Shown: piece by piece, positions 36,591 to 50,325 of the stretch
Numbering within the stretch: position 1 is the first letter of the stretch
Layout of the letters: every line of letters starts with the position of its first letter
NCBI GenBank assembly: GCA_030390025.1
Contig: CM059439.1
Coordinates: 40,858,001 to 40,922,000, forward strand
Reading direction: 5' to 3'
DNA length: 64,000 nt
Source: Squalus acanthias
Taxonomy: Eukaryota
The notes under the pieces: model-generated
Databases searched by the model: none
Told to the model about the DNA's origin: nothing
What the model saw: the letters and a program-made list of their open reading frames with translations, nothing else
Position numbers and translations under genes: made by a program

Positions 36591-37907
36591 TAAAAGTTTA
36601 ATATCAACAAGAACACAACAACTGACAGAAGTAACGTGGAGCTGATACAAGATACCAAAATGGAAGCCAGCTTTCAGATTAACATTTCCAATAAATAAGA
36701 AATTCTAAAAAATCTACAAGAGACAGAGGAATCAACCCTCATAAAAACTTGGCAATAAATAAAGAAGACATGGAAAGAAATGTACAAGGAAACCACTGGA
36801 ACAAAAAGAGAGGGCACCAAGAGTGGATTACAGGAGAATAATTGATTAAAAATAAAGATAGAAGAGAAAAAAGGCAGCCTTAAATAATTATTGAACAAGA
36901 GCAGCTAAAGCAGAAACATAAAATCAGTATGCAGAGGCTGACAAACAAGTGAAAAGAAGCATAAGACTTGATAAGAAAATGTTTATTGAAAATTTAGCCA
37001 AGTAATCAGAAGATGCAGCAAAACAGCGAAACATGAAAGAACTATATAATCTTACAGGAAGGCTTGCGGAGACGTTTAAAACAAGAGACAAGCCAGTGAA
37101 GGAAAAAACAGAACAGCACTCACAAAAAACAATGATCAGCTCAAAAGATGGGCAGAACATTTTAAGTAACTGCTAAATCGACTGACTTCAACTGAGTTCC
37201 CAGACATACCAGCCGCAGAAACTCCTTTGCAAGTAAATGCAAACAAACCTAGCAGAGAAGAAATCAAGGAGGCTATAAAGAAACTAAAAAGCAGGAAGTT
37301 TCCAGCCTCTGATGGAACGCTACCAGGAGCCATCAAAGGAGATCTCCGAGATTACAACAACTGGCGAGGCATCACGTAGTTGTCAGTACCTGGGAAAGTC
37401 ATAAACAGAATTATCCTTGAAAGACTACAGACAGGACTTGACAATCAGCTAAGAGGCGAACAGGCTGGTTTTCAAAAAGACAGATTGTGCAATGACCATA
37501 TAACCATGTGAAGCATCATAGTAGAACAATCAATTGATGCTGGTTATTTAATATTTATAGGAGTCAGTTCTTGTGTTTTAAACATTCCCAAAAAGCATGC
37601 TCTAACTGGCTAATCCATTTATGTTTGATTTTCCTCAACAATTATATATTATATATTATTTTTCTGTATTTTTCATAGTTTCACAGTTAAATGATCCTTT
37701 CTTTGATGTTTCACAAGTTAAACATTATTGAGTATTATAATTAATTTTGGGAGGTCCATCGTAGGAAGGAAATCATAGCCTTGGAGAAAGAACAGTGACC
37801 ATTCACCAAAGTGATACCTGCAATGTAGGAACTATGCACAGTACATTATTTCCTCCTTATTTGTTCACCAGATGGGCTGTAGCTGAAGTCATCAATGGAG
37901 GAAACAA

Positions 37908-38215
37908 TGACAACAACAACTTACATTTATATGGCACCTTTAATGTAGAAACCATCCCTAGGGACTTTGCAATAGGGGGAGAAAGCAACAGGACTAGATA
38001 AGAGAATGAATGCCAAGCCATGGAGGGAGAGATTAGGAAGAGTGGCCAAGTACTTGGTGGAAAAGATGGATTTTGAGATGGTTTTGTAAGGTGCCGAGGA
38101 GAACAGGATAGGCAGAAGGGTTTAGGGAGGGAGTTTCAGAGAGTAGGGCTGAGATGGTTGAAGGATCTGCTACCAATGGTAGGGGCAAGGCAAGAGGGAA
38201 ACAGAGTCAGAGGAC
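37908..38215 (-). mobile_element. Degenerate L2 3' tail
   Basis: acaacaacaacttacatttatatggcacctttaatgtag start; similar to 13859-14100. Confidence 0.7.
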
Positions 38216-38579
38216 TTGGCCTCAGATTGTGACTTGTTTTTGACATAAAAGTTCAAATAAGAAAAAGAGACTCAACTTTGTTCCTAAAATAAGTGTACAG
38301 CTGGAAAATTCATCAGAGTTTCTCCCGCTCCGTTGGCGTTACTTTGCTGGAAGTTTATTTGTCCCGTACTTCTGGCAAAGTAAGCCAACAGAAAAGGAGC
38401 AGCTCCAAGGAATTTCCCAGCCTATCTGTGCACCTGGCCTGTACCTGCAACTTTACCTGTTTGCCAATTGTTCTCAATACAAATCTCAGTCCCTGCTCTG
38501 GAATTGTGCCTCTGCCCAATACTCCAAAACACGCTTGTATATAGTGACTACTTTTAAGCAGTACTTCAGGCTTGAGTTT

Positions 38580-38955
38580 TTTATTCGTTCCTGTGATGTG
38601 GGTGTCACTGGCAAGGCCAGCATTTATTATCCATCCCTAATTGCCCTTGAGAAGGTGGTGGTGGTGAATCGCCTTCTTGAACCGCTGCAGTCCGTGTGGT
38701 GAAGGTACTCCCACAGTGCTGTTAGAGAGTGAGTTCCAGGATCTTGACCTAGCGACGATGAAGGAATGGAGATATATTTCCAAGTCAGGATGGTGTGTGA
38801 CTTAGAGGGGAACTTGGAGGTGGTGGTGTTCCCATGCACCTGCTGCCCTTGTCCTTCTACATGGTAGAGGTCATGGGTTTGGGAGGTGCCATCGAAGAAG
38901 CCTTGGCGAGTTGCTGCAATTCATCTTGTAGATGGTACACACTGCAGCCACTGAG
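38580..38955 (-). mobile_element. CR1-clade LINE 3' end, same family as 28865-29390
   Basis: Reverse complement of about 29060-29390. Confidence 0.88.
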
Positions 38956-39059
38956 TGCATTTCAGCGTAATGATCAGGAAGTGCTGCAGTGTCAGAAGTG
39001 GTGTCATTTTAATGAAGCATTATACCATGATCCAATTTGCCAGTTCTAGTGTTCAGAGT

Positions 39060-39310
39060 GATGTCAGAGATCCCAAGGAGTATTCAAAGATGAGCAGTAA
39101 GTTATCCTAACTACTGGGCTGGCTAATATTCCTCCCTCCAGCAGCAATACCAAAAAATTATTATTTGTAATTCATCTCATTGTGAGATTTTGCTGCATGC
39201 AAAAATATCTGGCATATTTGTCTGCTTAATAAATCACTGCATTTCAGAGTATTTCACTGTATGGGAAACACTTAGACATGTGATAAAGTGCTACGTTAGT
39301 GCAAGTTTTT
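39060..39310 (+). mobile_element. Highly degenerate Deu-SINE
   Basis: Residual similarity to 1-250 (ctggctaatattcctccctc, catctcattg, tgcaag tail). Confidence 0.55.
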
Positions 39311-42300
39311 CAAATTTCTTTACATGTGCCCAAGTTATGAACAAAATATACAGGCAGCCAACAATGTAAAAACACAATTAGCCAATACTTAGCTATGTAG
39401 TAACAGGGGGTGATATAGTATATATTGACTGATTTTGAAGCTAATACAGTATTGAAACAAAATAAATTACCTTACTAGAGATACATCAGTGTATATATTT
39501 CAGATAAAGGTTAAGAACCCATTGCTGGAGTCTAAGATTGACTATTTTGAAGCAGAAAACATTTTTGAGAAGTTATAGATATAAAAATTGCATTGCTATA
39601 TTTCTAGACTTGATTTTAAATTCTGATCACAATTGTTGATCTGAGAAGTACTTTCAAACTGCAGGAAGTAAACTGCTTTCAATATTTGCCTTATGCATTG
39701 AATCTGGAATCTGCATTCTGTGGAAAATTAAATCATTGCCAGAAGACAGTATTTGCAATTAGTACTTTAATTTGTGGCATGACCAGAGTCTAGTCATTGG
39801 TGGCTAATTGTACAATCCTTGGGGAAATGACCCTGGGACTGCTATGATGCCAGAATATTTTCCTGGTTCATTGGGGAGCTGAACTTGTCAGATTCAGCAA
39901 GGTCAATGAATTTTTATGTGATTCCTGTGTATTTTTCACATAAATGGGGAGTGCTATTACTGCAGGTGGAACTTTGTGGCTGACAAAGGGAAAGGTTTCT
40001 AATGTCATATATAACTGTTGCATGCTTAGTCACCAAGACCAAATTTTTACTTCAAATTTGAAAGTTGAAAATTAACCCCACAATTACTATATCAAAGAAA
40101 AATACTCCCTTATAATACAGGGACACTGTCAGGATCATCTGTCTTCTGTTTTCCAAGCCTCTCTTGTGTAAGGGGGAAATAAAAACTTCATAAGATACTA
40201 TTTCACTGCTTCTGGAATATACTGATAGAATTTGCAAGAATTATGGGTGCTCTCTTTGTTTAAAAGCAACCAATCCAGTTTGTATTAGTGCAAGTTTGAA
40301 TTTTGTGCTGAATGCTTTCTGATTTTGTATATAGTTTTACCTGTAAATAAATAAGGATAGTAGTCTTAACCTGTGCATAGTGTTCTAGCCACATGGTATT
40401 TTCCACCACCTTTGGCAACAGGAAAATATGATTGTGATGACGTATTCTCCAGTAAACAGTACATTATGCTTCAGAATTTATTGTTCAACCTGGGCCATGC
40501 TAACCTGTATCTGACACAGAATAAATATTACATTTTGGTTCATAAGGGACTCGATCTGCTTGTGCAAATTGCACTATGAACTATGAACAGAAGAAATGTG
40601 TTGGGGGGGAAAGCATTAACTGTAGTGCCTACATACTTCCGCAAAGCAATTTAGGAGACCAAAACCAAAATCCTTGCTCACCAAGGCACCTCATCTGGAT
40701 TTATTTTACAGTTTAAAGATTGCACACAGTATTATTGTTCATCGTCAGAAGAAATGTTTCTCCATAAATATTTGATAGCTTCAAAAAAAATGTTTGGTGA
40801 ACAGCAGTGCCAACGCCAGCAATAAGTATTTCCACAATTTGCTTCTACTTGCATTAAGCGTCATCTATCTTCGAGGTGACATCATCTATTATTGTGGCTT
40901 TTAATTCAACTGAAATACCTTTACTTTGTCCCTACAAATGTCGCCATCAAATTTCTGGTGAAGCTTTGATATTAAACGAATAGTGTTTGTGTCATGTATT
41001 GTAACCTAAACGATGTATTTCAGCCATAAATTCGGTTATTGTCTTCATCAAATGTATTTATCAATGAAACTGTAAAAACTTCGTCGTTTGCGTTTAACTA
41101 AACATAATTTCTCAATTTTCAATAATAGATTCATCTTTAAAAAAACATTTTTGAAAATGTTCTGTTACCACGTCACTTTAAAACATCGAATAAAACTAGT
41201 TTTAGGCCGTACAGTTAGCAATGGAAATAAATTAATGTGAAAACGGCATTTTTTTTTTATCACTAACTGAGGTAAGTCAGTTCGTTTCACATATTGTCTG
41301 CGTTTTATGAAGTCCGATATTATAGACTTACCCGGCTGCAGATTTAAACTAAAGATGCATCCTTAAATTACAACCTTAAATTGAAGTGTTGCACGCTTCA
41401 GAGGGCCACGTTCTTTAGACAGGCCTCGTCTGCTGTTGTAGTCTAACTGTCCCAGCATATGTTTGTATATACCTGGTCAACACTCGAGGATACAATAATC
41501 ATTTCACAACGTTAACGTTTCATGTTCTTCTGTATGGACGAAACGCCGCGTTTCTGCACATCATTTATTAAAGATCAGAGGATTCCACCACAAATATGGT
41601 GCTGATATTTGTGGGGAGAAAATACGTAGTTCATCTTGAAACTATGATGTAGTTTGCACTGTTTTTGTGGTTGCTTGCAAATGTTCTCGAGATTGTGGAA
41701 TTTGGGAAGTTTCTCCAAGGGGTATGTTTTTAGATTTGCTGGATAACCACTGTGCTCTGAGCAGGAAAACGGATGGATTAGTACCGACAGTGAAATTGGG
41801 TTATCAGTTTGAATATGGGCTGGTTTCTATTAAACGTAGTAGCCCTGCTGTTGTGTTAACTTGTTTGTCATGGGATACTTTAAAGATCAATGATTATATT
41901 CTGTGCAATTAAATAATAATGTACATTTTAAGTGAGTTGTGTATGGGGAATGAGATCTACTATGCCATGAACAAACAGGAAAGTGTATGACGTCCGTTAC
42001 CTTATTGTGAAATTAGAAGGGTGCCACCTTCCCCAGCCCCATGGCGCTTTTACGGGGACCTGGAGGTTTGATTTGCGACATCTTCTAAGTTGCGCTGTGC
42101 TAAATAGTGAAACTCCTGCCGCAAAATTAGAGGGACGTGATCTCAGCATATTGATGTCTACTGAAATGCGGGCATCCTCGCCTCTTAGAATGGAAATCTG
42201 GTATAAAGTTGTAGTCCACGTCGATATAATATACAATTATAGAACTCTCTCAATTTAAAGAAATACTTAGTGCAAAATCTACTGAACGGTTGAATACTTT

Positions 42301-45300
42301 TGGTTAAATGCACTGCAGCAAACGATTACTGACGCTTGGAATTAAGTTTCATAACTACATTTTGTGTATTGTCTTCTGGTATGTGTACACATTTCCCATG
42401 CAGTTTTAATCCAAAGGTCGACAGATCGAAGCCTATTGTTCATTGTCTACTTTGCACAGCCACGATCTTTGCTCATCAAAATCTGTGAAGTTGCTTAAAG
42501 ACAGCCTCTGCCATCTGTACACATGTTGTAACGCTGGACGTTTTTGCTTTGATGCCTGTCAGTCATTTAGCACCTTAAAGATCACAGCCTGGAATTTGGA
42601 ATGGCTTTGTGAGCCGCACTCATGAATTAATATTTCCAAGTGAATAAACGCAAGCAACAGATTTAACAAAAATAGTCATCGCGTGGTTTTAACGAGTAGC
42701 TCCAGGCGGTTTCTGGCCTGGTGCGAGGTCTTTTTGGTTAAAAAAACAATTATGGCATTTCTTTCATTCGCACGCATGTGTTTTTAAAACCAATAATTAT
42801 ACGTTCAACAACTTTAGACCGCTGGCAAAAGTTGCATCTTGGAGGAAGTGGAGGCTTAATCGAACTTCTTAAAAAGGCACACCCAGCTATCATCTACAGC
42901 CGTGCTGATAAATCGCATGGCTAACATTTACTTGATATAACCATTCTTGATAGTTTAACTTTAATGAATGAATTCGCTGGAAAGGGGCAATTACTGACAA
43001 CAGTGAAGCTAAACACTGAACGTTTCAGGCATTCGGTATAGAAATTGCAATATAATTTAACAAGTGCGTTTTATACAACAGATAATGGTAACTTAAATTT
43101 CCATAAAATGTCATTTAATGGGTTTATCGCTGTGCAAATGAGTCGCTGCACCGCCTCAAGTCTGTGTTAAACTCGGGTTTGCTGAGAGTAATATCACACT
43201 CCAGTGGTGGCCAATGGAGTTGTTCGACGAGGCAACCATAAATGTGTCTTATTAACTTAGCATTCGAAATCCAATAACTTTGCAATACAAATGCTTACGG
43301 CCTTCTAGTACGGAATGGTTACAGACAGCCAATATGGTGGCGGAACAGTCAAACTAGTCACTGAGACCAGAAAGCACCGTGCAGCTATCTACTTTAAAAT
43401 TAAATGATTTTGCTTTGTTCTTTACAAATTTGAATATATAATCTCTCAAGTGGTTTAGCATATCATGTATTCCCTAGTACTGTTTATATAGTGGCATGTT
43501 TTAAAAGTGGAATTTAGGCTTCTGTATAAATTATAGCTAAAGAGTAATTTAACTCCAGCACAACTGTAAGACTGCGCCTTATTGAAAACTTCTGGATGGA
43601 TTTTAAATCTTGTGAAAAACAAATTGACCTACAACACAAATGTGTTAAGTTGATTGAATAAGTTTAAAGTCCCTAGTTAAAGTGTGATAGTAGAAATGTC
43701 GTTACATCTCGCCTGCTCTTTACAGGGCGAATTCACATTCAGAATTCCTGTATTTATTTGTGAATATCGTTTACATTTTTGAATTGTGTGCGTTTTAAAA
43801 AATATATTATCTATCTGCATAAAGCTATTGCTAATGGTCACAACTTATAAGGGAGCAATGAAATATGCGAAATATTTTCAGTCAATTATGCTGTAAACTT
43901 TTTTAATTAACGTGTTAAAATGGATACAGTATTACTAATAACTTGCATTTAGAAGCAGGATCCGTGCAGGTTTGCACAATTAATGCAGCTAATTCCCATT
44001 TCGTATCGTAACAAGGAATATATAATTTTTTTAAACTTCTCGTGTAAACGTATGTTTTTATTTGAATTAATTGTCAGTTTTATGAAATTGAAATTTATCT
44101 TTTAAAAAACACCAGCCCAGTAGTGCCCGGCTGCCACGTAGCAAAAGGTTTCGCTGCTCTGTGCTCTGTGGTTAAATATGGTCGTTTTGCCATTTAAATT
44201 TCAACACAGGAAACCTTTCAGACTTCATGAGATTAAATAAGAGCCAACTGGATAGTTCAACTTATTAAAGAATTCTAATGACTGCTTGTTTATAAACAAA
44301 GTATCTTGTAAATTAGAATTGACCATACCAATGCCGAAATCGTAGGCCATTTACAGAGTTTATATCTAAAATTGTCTCATTTAAAAAGTGGTATGATACA
44401 ATTTGATGCAAATGCTGCAGTTAAAACAATGACATCAATGTAATTTTTGTTTGCATGTTTTTCTTCAGGAAGAGGATTTTTTTGTAAACCAAGCTTGGCA
44501 ACGTCACACACAATTAAAACGTTAGCTCGCTTATTTGTTAAATACCAGCCAACGTTTCAATTGATACCGACACAATGGAACAGGATAGAAACGTTTAAAC
44601 TTCCCAGCCTTTGCCACAATCATTTTAATTGCATCTGCCTTTTCTAACAGTGAGGGAAGTTTATATTTCTATTTGCTGCTATCTATTTTCAAATGTTAAT
44701 ATTTAACAGTAAAATTGTACCTTGTGTTTACCTTTGTTTGTACCTCATCTAATTAATTACCAAGAAATTGTTGGCATTTTAATTAAATACTGGACAAGTC
44801 AACACGCTAGGGTATCCGAGTCCTATTTTTTCATTTCAAATTAACAGTTACTGATCTCCCATCGGAAGCCAACGTCTTAATGGAAAGAAAAGTTTATATT
44901 CTCATTCATACACTAATATTCATGTAATTAAATGTACACACAACAAAGAAAATACGCGGAGCAATTGTGGAGGAAATTAGTATTTATAATCATAATATTT
45001 CTATTCTATGATAGATTACAAATAAGATATATACATTTAAACAGTTTTATGCAATACTATCCCTTCATGAATTTCAATTTTGAAATATCAAATGCGTTAA
45101 ACTACGTAAAGTTTTATAGTCGCATATACAAGTCCGTGCTAAACGTGCTAAAAAGCATTCGGTACAAATCAAAGCAAGGCGTATCATTTTCTACATAGAT
45201 CTTGGCTTAAGTTAAGCATCTTTGGACATTTTTTAAAAATCCAGAGTCATATGATGTGCATTTGTTTTTTCCTTCAGTTGTATGCCTATTTTTTGAGAGT

Positions 45301-48300
45301 TGCATATTGTTTGAGTTAATAGCTACCTTGGTGTCTATTATTTCATAATCTTTACGTTGAACTCCAGATAATTAATTTCAAGTTTTGTTGTCTGGGATTG
45401 TCTTTACTATAACCCCTTGCATTCCTACTCGAGCTGTAAATCTGATAAGCTACTTGGCAACTACATCTACCCCCTCCCCAACCCACAACCTCCTTTAAAA
45501 AAAACTACCAGGGATGGAGAACGTCTATGCTGCAAGGAACGGCTTCCTTGGAAGCTTTGGCGTGCGAACTAAGTAGCATAATTATTGCTTCATAATTGTA
45601 CTCTTTTTCTTTGGCTTTTTATAACATTTAGAATCAGCCACGCTTGGAATCAGAATGGTTGTGACATTTAGGACCCGAGTGATTGTGTGGAACACTTCAA
45701 GTTTAAAAAACAAGTCTAATACAACTCCGAAGGCTAAAGAATACTCCTTTGAGCGAACACATTGAGTTTTGATTTCGGACAATGGTGTTTCTCAAATTTC
45801 TTCCAAAACCTGCACCCATCTGTGATCTAAATGCAATCTTTTTTCCTCTTGAATTCATTTGGCAAAGACGAAGCAGATGTATGGGACGGGGTTTGAATTT
45901 TAATTACAGCGAATACCTGGTGCATAAGAAATGAAAATCGTTTTCATATGGAAGAGAAGAAATAAATATCATTAATCTAACACCATATAACTTTAATCAA
46001 CTATTCTAATGAGGTTTGAAGCGATTCACATTTGACTACTTTAAACGACCGGCTTTAAATACTCTTATGAATTATTATCTCATTAGGATAGTTTTTGTTG
46101 CATTAACCAACACTATTTTTGCTTAACCCTAAAATAAACTTATTTTAGTTGCATAAAAAGACACGTGCTATTGCTATTGGTGTTGGCAGTTTCCCTTTAA
46201 ACCAGCGCATCTCCTTTGTAAACAGTTTTGAAGCCAGTCTCCGAAAGATGTGGTACACAGTCCGTCAATTAGTACTTTGTAGATGTTTGTTCCTACAGTT
46301 GCCGTAGTCCCTTTCAGAATGATCAGTGGTGCAGTTATAACAACATGCAACTTTTTTTTCTCTTAAAGCCCCTATTCACATTACCTCAAAGTGCCTTTAA
46401 CCGGCGCAGAGGTGCGAAGATAAAATTGTCTGACGCTTTAATCCACGCCCGAGGGGTTGGAAAATAAAGAAAGAGACAGAAATGGTCCTAAAAGACCCGA
46501 AAATCCACACAATAGCTGTGGGAATCTGGTCAGACTTACTCATTTCGGGCTCTTCCCTGGAAATCCGTCAATTAGAAATAAGAGCATTATTAAACGGAAC
46601 TGGCGGATTTCTTTAAAGGTGAGGCTGTTTGCTTAAAAAGCCATTCACTTTCTAAACTTGAAGAGCTCCGACATGCTGCCAGCAGCGGTTCTGGAAGGCG
46701 ATTAAACACAAATGAATTGGACATCGACATCCTTCTGTCAGATGTTGCATTTACCCCAACTCGTAAAAGAATAATATGTAACCTCCGTTGTGAGACTGTG
46801 TACTTTAAGAAATTTAGATAAAATAATTACGAGCTTAAATGTAATCATCAATACGTACAAACCCCTAAATCCTTGCACATATACTCCACACACACACACA
46901 TGCTAATGTTCAGCTTAATGCGTATTTTTTTGCCAAAATTGCCTAAAATCTAATTTTGTTGGGGATGTTAATTTGCATTCATCAGCAATTGTCTCGGCGT
47001 AATACGGAGAGAATTGATAAGGCATATAACCGTTCATCGACGCAGTATCAATGCAGCAAACAGAGTTGTTACAAATTTAAACTAAAACGTCATACAAGAT
47101 ATTCTAGATTTATTTTAAGCAGCCTTGTAACAACATGACCGGATTCATCAAAGTATAAATACAAAAATGAAACAGATATCTTGTAGCCATATTAATATAA
47201 AGGAGAAACAAATAATATTTAACATGCCTTTTTAATTGTAACATGCTGGCTAACACCACAGCACACAAATGAAAATATGTAGTTAAAATTTAAATTAAAT
47301 ATTTCCCTGGTAGTTATGCAAATAATTAAAGTTGGAAACTATATAGTCCAATTCTGTATTCTGCAGTTATTTTTAGGTTTTGTGAACTGCCTTAAGGGGA
47401 GGATTGTATTTGTGAAGAGGACATTATCACATGCCCTTTGCTTCTCAAAGAGGTTAACAACCTAATGAACACTTAGTTAGGAGACGAAGCGTGCATAAGT
47501 GCTGGGTTTCCCAAAGCTTATCTGATGTTATATGTGCTACTCTAACCTTGTAGTAACCTAATTGTTTCAGCTCCCGCTCCGGGGAGCGGCTCAATGGCAA
47601 TCCGGGACTGGGCAGCCTTCAGGTGGGGCAGCAGCAGCCAGCGAGCCGTGAGAATGCCGCACTGGGGAGCCAGGGTCAGCAACATGCTGCTACATATGTT
47701 GGGTCAATCTTTTCCTTTGTGAAAATTTAAAAACCCGGAAAAACTCAATCGTCTATAGGTTTTAAGAAAGTGTTCTTGGATTTGCTCCAGAATAGCTTGT
47801 TCAAAAGTGAATTGTTTGAAGGAAAAAGTGACTCAGTCACAGTGGAACTATGGTTCGATTTAAACCCAGACCATAATAAACACGTGTTAACCAAATATGA
47901 AACCGCTTTTTCAATTTATCGCCTTTTAAAGACTATGCCATTTAACAATATGAAGTTTGGAAGTTAGTATTACACGTATACTTATGTGTTTGCATGATGT
48001 GTGTGTGCACGCGTTTAGTTTACATGTACAAGGGGTACGTATACTTCAACCGCTTATATAGCTCGATTATTTGCATGTTACATTATCATAATGCATTAAT
48101 AAATCTATGCTGTGTGAGACGAATAATTCGTTTATTTTCCAACTTTATCGATATGTATTTCAAAAATACTGCGCTTTTTAAAAAGAAAATCAAATCATCG
48201 ATTTTTTTCTTAAAATATTGCCACATTTACTGGCATGAAACGCGAATTATTAGAAGACTCCGAATCCTGAAATATGAAATGTAGGTTTTGTTTCAAGACT

Positions 48301-50254
48301 TTGTTTATGAATATATAACATTCAGAGTGTTAGAAATCATCAGGATTTTTTTTAAATAGCTTATGCTGTAATTCAAAAAGGTATGAAACATTGTAATCAG
48401 CAGCAGTGACATCAACTGCTTGGTGATATCTGGGTGCAAAAACTTAAATATTGTGTAAATCTACTTGAGTGACGTTTGTGAAAGCGAGCTTCAAAATCGG
48501 ATATCTTCGAGGTAATTTTCATTCGTGTAAGATTCGTCCTGAGATAATTACTTTTAATGTCAAAAAGATTTAGTTTAATATCATCTCTATTAGACTCTTG
48601 GCTGGGTAATTAAAGGTGCAGATTAAACCAGCGGGAAACAGATGGCATTTACTTACACTGATTCATTCAGTAAACAATGAAAAAGTCAATGGAACAGCCC
48701 TGGAACAAATGAAACCTTAAAGACCGCTTACATTAGCAGGTACATGAGGACTGTCATCTGTCAAAGGGAGAGAGAGAACAGATAATAAACACTTAAGGAT
48801 AATTCCAGATAAAAAAGAAAAGAGTACTTGCACAAGCATGAATATTGGGCAGTTTTGTTACTTAATTGACAGCCAGAAGTGAGAACAGGAATACCGCTAT
48901 GACAACTTTTCAAAGGATAAATACGTAATTTGGCTAAAATCAAACAATGTGCGTGTGTCAGTGAGCTGTCAGTACATCTGAAAGAGTTTATATAAATAGT
49001 TGCACACTTGAAAGGATACTGGCATGCGGTTTTCACAAAACCATAGTTGAAAGAGTAGAAAAATAGAAGGATACGCATTGATAAGTCCCGATAGCGCTAT
49101 TTATTTAATGAACACGTTTATTATAAAGAAACCAACCTCCAACGTTATACATGACTCACAGTGGACACTACTGTGTCCAGATATGTCTGTGTTTAGATTT
49201 TTTTTTAAATCAACAACGTTTATCAGTACTTCCTCCAATAAATCGTCAATACTATTCAGTTAAACTAGATGAACATTATTGAACGGTGTTCGTACATTCA
49301 CCTCAGCGTTTCTGTTTTAATGCAGGCAAGCTCATTTAAAAAAAAATATATATATGTAGATTTATTTGATTTTGTATTTGGCTGTACTTGCTTTTTGAGA
49401 ACACTAACAACAAATCGTCATTTTTGGAGTGTCCTTCAATAAGACATTACTCCATCTAATAATATATCTGTTATCGGCCTAATGTTACTTCAGAACTTCT
49501 TCGAAAAGGAGAAACTCTGGCAATAATATTTCTCTTCGATGCCCAAAGCGCCAAACGGCCGACGCACAAGCTTCGTGCAATTGTACAGGATTGCAACAGA
49601 GCCAAACTTTGTTAACAATAAGTTCGTCTGTATTATCCTTTCGGTACAAATGAATTGACGTTGTATATTTAGATTTTAAAAAACAAATACGGCATTAAAA
49701 ATAAGCATTCCCATCAGTTTATGTTTATACTTTGATACCAAATACAGTAGTGATATTCCTTTCCATTCTTAGCATGTCATACCAAGTAAATTTGCTTTTG
49801 TAACCATATCCCTTTACTTATGGCCCCAAAATATATAACAATATGAATACACTTTTTGTCTTTCAACTGACACTATTATTTTGTCACCGCCATTTTGTTA
49901 GTTATTTCAATCCGTGCACTGATTGAGCTGTGCTTAAATCTCTCTGGTACACAGATCTCATCGGTTGCTTGATTTTGACCAAAATCCATGAATTTGAGCT
50001 GAAATGAAAGATGACACGGATTAAAGGGAGAGGTTGTGCTTTTAAGGCTACTGTTTTTTTAAACTGATCGACCAATGTCCTTTGATCGCTACATTGCTTT
50101 TATAATTGCATTTGCATCGCTAACAAAATAAAAAAAAACACAAGTCTGGAACAAATTGTGATGCTTTATTAAACGAGTATGTTTAGTATTTGTAGTCACG
50201 AAAAGACAGAAAGATGAAAAGGATTAGTAAAATGCTAAACTTCGGACAGAAAAT

Positions 50255-50325
50255 ATTTATAACCTATATTTTCTCTTCACAGATGCTGACTGATCCGCTG
50301 TGTATTTTCAGCATTTTCTGTTCTT
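50255..50325 (+). mobile_element. Short Penelope-like terminal fragment
   Basis: ttctcttcacagatgctgactgatccgctgtgtattttcagcattttctgtt; similar to 33335-33390. Confidence 0.6.

Larger units (their letters stand above)
33545..37540 (+). mobile_element. Degenerate RTE-clade LINE (APE and start of RT), split by PLE and Harbinger insertions
   Basis: LYSGHEENTSHTKGVGLMLSKEA, IEWEAVSSRTISAR, ENQIDHICIS, GADAASDHHL and GKVINRIILERL..LRGEQAGF. Confidence 0.85.

Noticed and set aside
48385-48397. DMRT consensus-like site GAAACATTGTAAT
   Set aside because: A single hit; a similar match occurs in the TE-rich region (~23782), so it is compatible with chance.
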